A stretch of DNA of 64,000 nt from positions 94,520 to 158,519 of the forward strand of contig METB01000001.1 in assembly GCA_001771185.1 (NCBI GenBank). Reading direction: 5' to 3'. Position numbers and translations under genes: made by a program. This DNA is from a candidate division Kazan bacterium RIFCSPHIGHO2_01_FULL_44_14. GTDB taxonomy: Bacteria; Patescibacteriota; Kazan-3B-28. Numbering within the stretch: the first letter of the stretch is position 1; each line of letters opens with the position of its first letter. The notes under the pieces were generated by a model that was not told the DNA's origin, did no database searches, and saw only the letters and a list, made by a program, of their open reading frames with translations. Shown here piece after piece: positions 61,374 through 64,000 of this stretch.

Positions 61374-61829
61374 TTACTTAACAATTTTAATTGTACCGCC
61401 GGCTCCCTCAATCTTCTTACGAGCCGGTTCGGAAATAAAGTGAGTTTGAATGGTTAAGTTGGTTGAGATCTCCCCTTCTCCCAAAACTTTGACCCTAGTA
61501 TCTGGACCGATTAACCCAGCTTGATGCAACCTTTCAATGGTTAAGATATTGTCATTCAAATAGCGCGACAAGTCCTTTAGATTCAACCGAAAAACCGAGA
61601 ATTTGCGGTGAGCCCGGAATCCCTTCTTTTTGGCGATTCGCTGGACTAATGGCATCTGGCCACCTTCAAACTTGGCGGACAGTTTTTTACCCGTCCGAGC
61701 TTTCTGACCTTTATTACCCCGACCGGAAGTATTTCCGCCACCAGCACTATTACCTCGTCCAACCCGTTTACGGGATGGATAGCGAGTTCCTTTGACGGCA
61801 CCATGAAGAGTAGTGATTTCTAGCGTCAT
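61374..61829 (-). CDS. rplO: 50S ribosomal protein L15
   Basis: RVGRG, GRGNKGQKAR, FEGGQMPL. Confidence 0.97.
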   Translation of the reverse strand: MTLEITTLHGAVKGTRYPSRKRVGRGNSAGGGNTSGRGNKGQKARTGKKLSAKFEGGQMPLVQRIAKKKGFRAHRKFSVFRLNLKDLSRYLNDNILTIERLHQAGLIGPDTRVKVLGEGEISTNLTIQTHFISEPARKKIEGAGGTIKIVK

Positions 61830-62407
61830 ACGGTTTCCTCCTGGGCTTTTGATTTATTATCTCTATCCCTGCTAGACCTTGAGCCACGTTGTTCAAAAAT
61901 TGCTTTCGGAGAAATCATTTGGCTCAATGCATCAATGGTCGCTACAATATTGCTAATTTTATTGCTCGAACCAAGCATTTTAGCGGCTGCATCTTTTACT
62001 CCAACCAAATCTAAGACCACCCGGACTGGACCGCCAGCAATCAACCCGGTTCCGGACTGGGCTGGTTTAATTAAAACATGAGCGCTTTTGTGCTTACCTT
62101 CCACCAAATACGGCAGAGTTCCCTTATTTAAATAGACCGTTCTCATGTCCTTCTTGGCGTCCGTCACGGCCTTGGCCACGGCGGTAGTCACATCGGCGGC
62201 TTTGCCTAAACCGTAAGCGACTCGACCATTCTTGTCACCAATCACAACTAAAGCCCGAAACCGCATTCGCTTACCGCCCTTGACCACTCGAGTGACTCGG
62301 TTAATCTCAACTACCCGCTCTTCAAATTCCTTGGGAGCTGCAGCCGGACGCCGACGTCCGCCCCGAGCCGAAGAATTTGATCCTGATTGGTTGTGACTAT
62401 CAGCCAT
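61826..62407 (-). CDS. rpsE: 30S ribosomal protein S5
   Basis: INRVTRVVKGG, GTGLIAGG. Confidence 0.98.
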   Translation of the reverse strand: MADSHNQSGSNSSARGGRRRPAAAPKEFEERVVEINRVTRVVKGGKRMRFRALVVIGDKNGRVAYGLGKAADVTTAVAKAVTDAKKDMRTVYLNKGTLPYLVEGKHKSAHVLIKPAQSGTGLIAGGPVRVVLDLVGVKDAAAKMLGSSNKISNIVATIDALSQMISPKAIFEQRGSRSSRDRDNKSKAQEETV

Positions 62408-62413
62408 AATTAA

Positions 62414-62764
62414 TTAAAATTTTAAGCCGTGTTCGCGAGCGGCTTCAGCTAAAGCCCGGACTCGGCCATGATATCTATATTCGCCCCGATCAAGTGCGAC
62501 TTGGGTAACACCAGCCGACTTAGCCGCTTCGGCAATCAGTGCCCCAACTTGAGTAGCAGAGGTGATTTTACCGTCCTTCGATTTAATTTTGATACTATTG
62601 GCAGTCGCCAAAACCTTACCAGACGCATCAATAATTTGAGCATAAATGGCTTGATTACTGCGATAGATTGACAACCGCGGACGATTCATGTTTGATTGCA
62701 ACCGAACCCGAGTGCGATTACGGCGCAATTGGCGTTGCTTGGTTGTGAGAGATTGTTCACTCAT
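62414..62764 (-). CDS. rplR: 50S ribosomal protein L18
   Basis: RPRL..RSN, DRG..YHGRV. Confidence 0.98.
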   Translation of the reverse strand: MSEQSLTTKQRQLRRNRTRVRLQSNMNRPRLSIYRSNQAIYAQIIDASGKVLATANSIKIKSKDGKITSATQVGALIAEAAKSAGVTQVALDRGEYRYHGRVRALAEAAREHGLKF

Positions 62765-62772
62765 AAATTTCC

Positions 62773-63312
62773 TTAAGCTGTCTTAGCGGCCTTCCCGGCT
62801 TTGCGTCGAATAGTTTCGTCGCTATATTTAATTCCCTTACCTTTATATGGTTCTGGTTTCTTAATCGATCGGATCAAGGCGGCCATATGACCAACTCGCT
62901 GCTTATCAATCCCGGAAACAATCAACTGGTTTTTGTCTTGTTTGATCTCTACTCCCTCAATAATATCCAGCACGACTGGATGAGAGAATCCAACACTTAA
63001 TACGACCTGGTTGCCACGTAATTCGGCCTTAAATCCCACTCCATTAATTTCTAAAGTCCGAGTGAAACCGTCGGTCACTCCTTTAATATTATTATTGAGT
63101 AGCGAACGAATCAAACCATGCAGGGCTTTAGTCGCCTTAATTTCGTTCAGCCGTTTGACCGCCAGAGTGCCATTTTGCTGTTCCACTACAATATTGTCAG
63201 GGATAACTGTAGCCAGTTCACCTTTGGGTCCCTTAACCTGCACTAACCGATCTGTAATCGAAACGGAAGCGTTGATGGGAACAGTAATTAAAATTTTACC
63301 TATTTTAGACAT
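62773..63312 (-). CDS. rplF: 50S ribosomal protein L6
   Basis: [16 protein letters not shown]. Confidence 0.98.
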   Translation of the reverse strand: MSKIGKILITVPINASVSITDRLVQVKGPKGELATVIPDNIVVEQQNGTLAVKRLNEIKATKALHGLIRSLLNNNIKGVTDGFTRTLEINGVGFKAELRGNQVVLSVGFSHPVVLDIIEGVEIKQDKNQLIVSGIDKQRVGHMAALIRSIKKPEPYKGKGIKYSDETIRRKAGKAAKTA

Positions 63313-63421
63313 GGCTAACGCAATTAAAAATGAAAAATGAAAAATGAAAAATTAAGAAATTCGGAACTATTCGGCTGCACCAATTTTGTAATTTGTAATT
63401 TATAATTTGTAATTTTCATGA

Positions 63422-63823
63422 TTACCAAATCTTGAATAATACTTCTCCGCCCAAATTAACTGTTCGGGCTTGAGTATCGGTCATCACTCCCTGCGAAGTA
63501 GAAACTACCGCAGTGCCAACTCCACCCAGGACCCGAATCAGCCGATTGACTGGAGTATAAATTCGCTGTCCAGGCCGACTTACTCGCTGCAGACCTTGGA
63601 TGACCGAGGCACCGTTGGAAGCATATTTCAGGGTAATTTTAATTTCTTGGAATGAACTATCTTTGACTGGAGATATAACTGCTTCCTTAATATAACCATC
63701 GGCTTGAAGCAATTGAGCAATCTCTAGTTTCAACCGCGAATACGGCACCACGACTAGTGGCTTATGCACAGCCGCCGCATTACGAATGCGAGTTAATAAA
63801 TCAGCAATTGGATCGGTAGTCAT
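63422..63823 (-). CDS. rpsH: 30S ribosomal protein S8
   Basis: DPIADLLTRIRN, SRPG.R.Y, GGEV. Confidence 0.98.
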   Translation of the reverse strand: MTTDPIADLLTRIRNAAAVHKPLVVVPYSRLKLEIAQLLQADGYIKEAVISPVKDSSFQEIKITLKYASNGASVIQGLQRVSRPGQRIYTPVNRLIRVLGGVGTAVVSTSQGVMTDTQARTVNLGGEVLFKIW

Positions 63824-63938
63824 TATATGAATTAGTTAACAGTTAAAGGTTAACAGTTAATAGTTTAGGTAGAAGAGATAGAGATTTATATAAATTTTTA
63901 TTCACTTTTCACTATTAACTTTTAACTTGATTGTTTTA

Positions 63939-64000
63939 TTACCAACTGGCTTTTTTTATTCCCGGTAACTTACCTTGACGGGCCAAGTCCCTAAAGCAGA
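63939..64000 (-). CDS. rpsN: 30S ribosomal protein S14, 3' part
   Basis: Own translation ...CFRDLARQGKLPGIKKASW*. Confidence 0.9.
   Translation of the reverse strand, partial: CFRDLARQGKLPGIKKASW

Overview
Bacterial chromosomal window (code 11) with hallmarks of a Patescibacteria/CPR genome: no L30 between S5 and L15, AT-rich heptamer spacers, and abundant small palindromic repeats. The core, mostly on the - strand, holds gltX, glycosyltransferases, a sortase, glyA, rpmA, pyrG, alr, gyrB, pheST, a dnaQ-dinG fusion, a cdaA/cdaR-like pair, secE-nusG-rpmG, the distal spc and alpha ribosomal clusters, and tRNA-Gln, -Leu and -Trp. There are two accessory regions. (1) 1-7.5 kb, downstream of tRNA-Gln: a defence island with a macrodomain, two HEPN-like genes, an EcoRI-type MTase plus DUF262-HNH, a large serine recombinase and an ABC-ATPase-TOPRIM protein. 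(2) About 40.8-52.3 kb, downstream of tRNA-Trp: the main finding, an integron-like tandem array of small recombinase-free 1-2 gene cassettes. Most cassette junctions are a copy of the tRNA 3' end (CTGCCA) joined to one of two conserved arm families, a 29-bp attP-like arm or a 92-bp element ending in a palindrome. Also noted: an unannotated ~250-nt structured RNA with promoter and terminator, a 17-aa Cys peptide ORF, a catalytically degenerate diadenylate cyclase, a GIY-YIG gene flanked by REP-like inverted repeats, and repeat insertions inside genes, a tRNA remnant and the att arms. All calls were made by eye; no searches were run.
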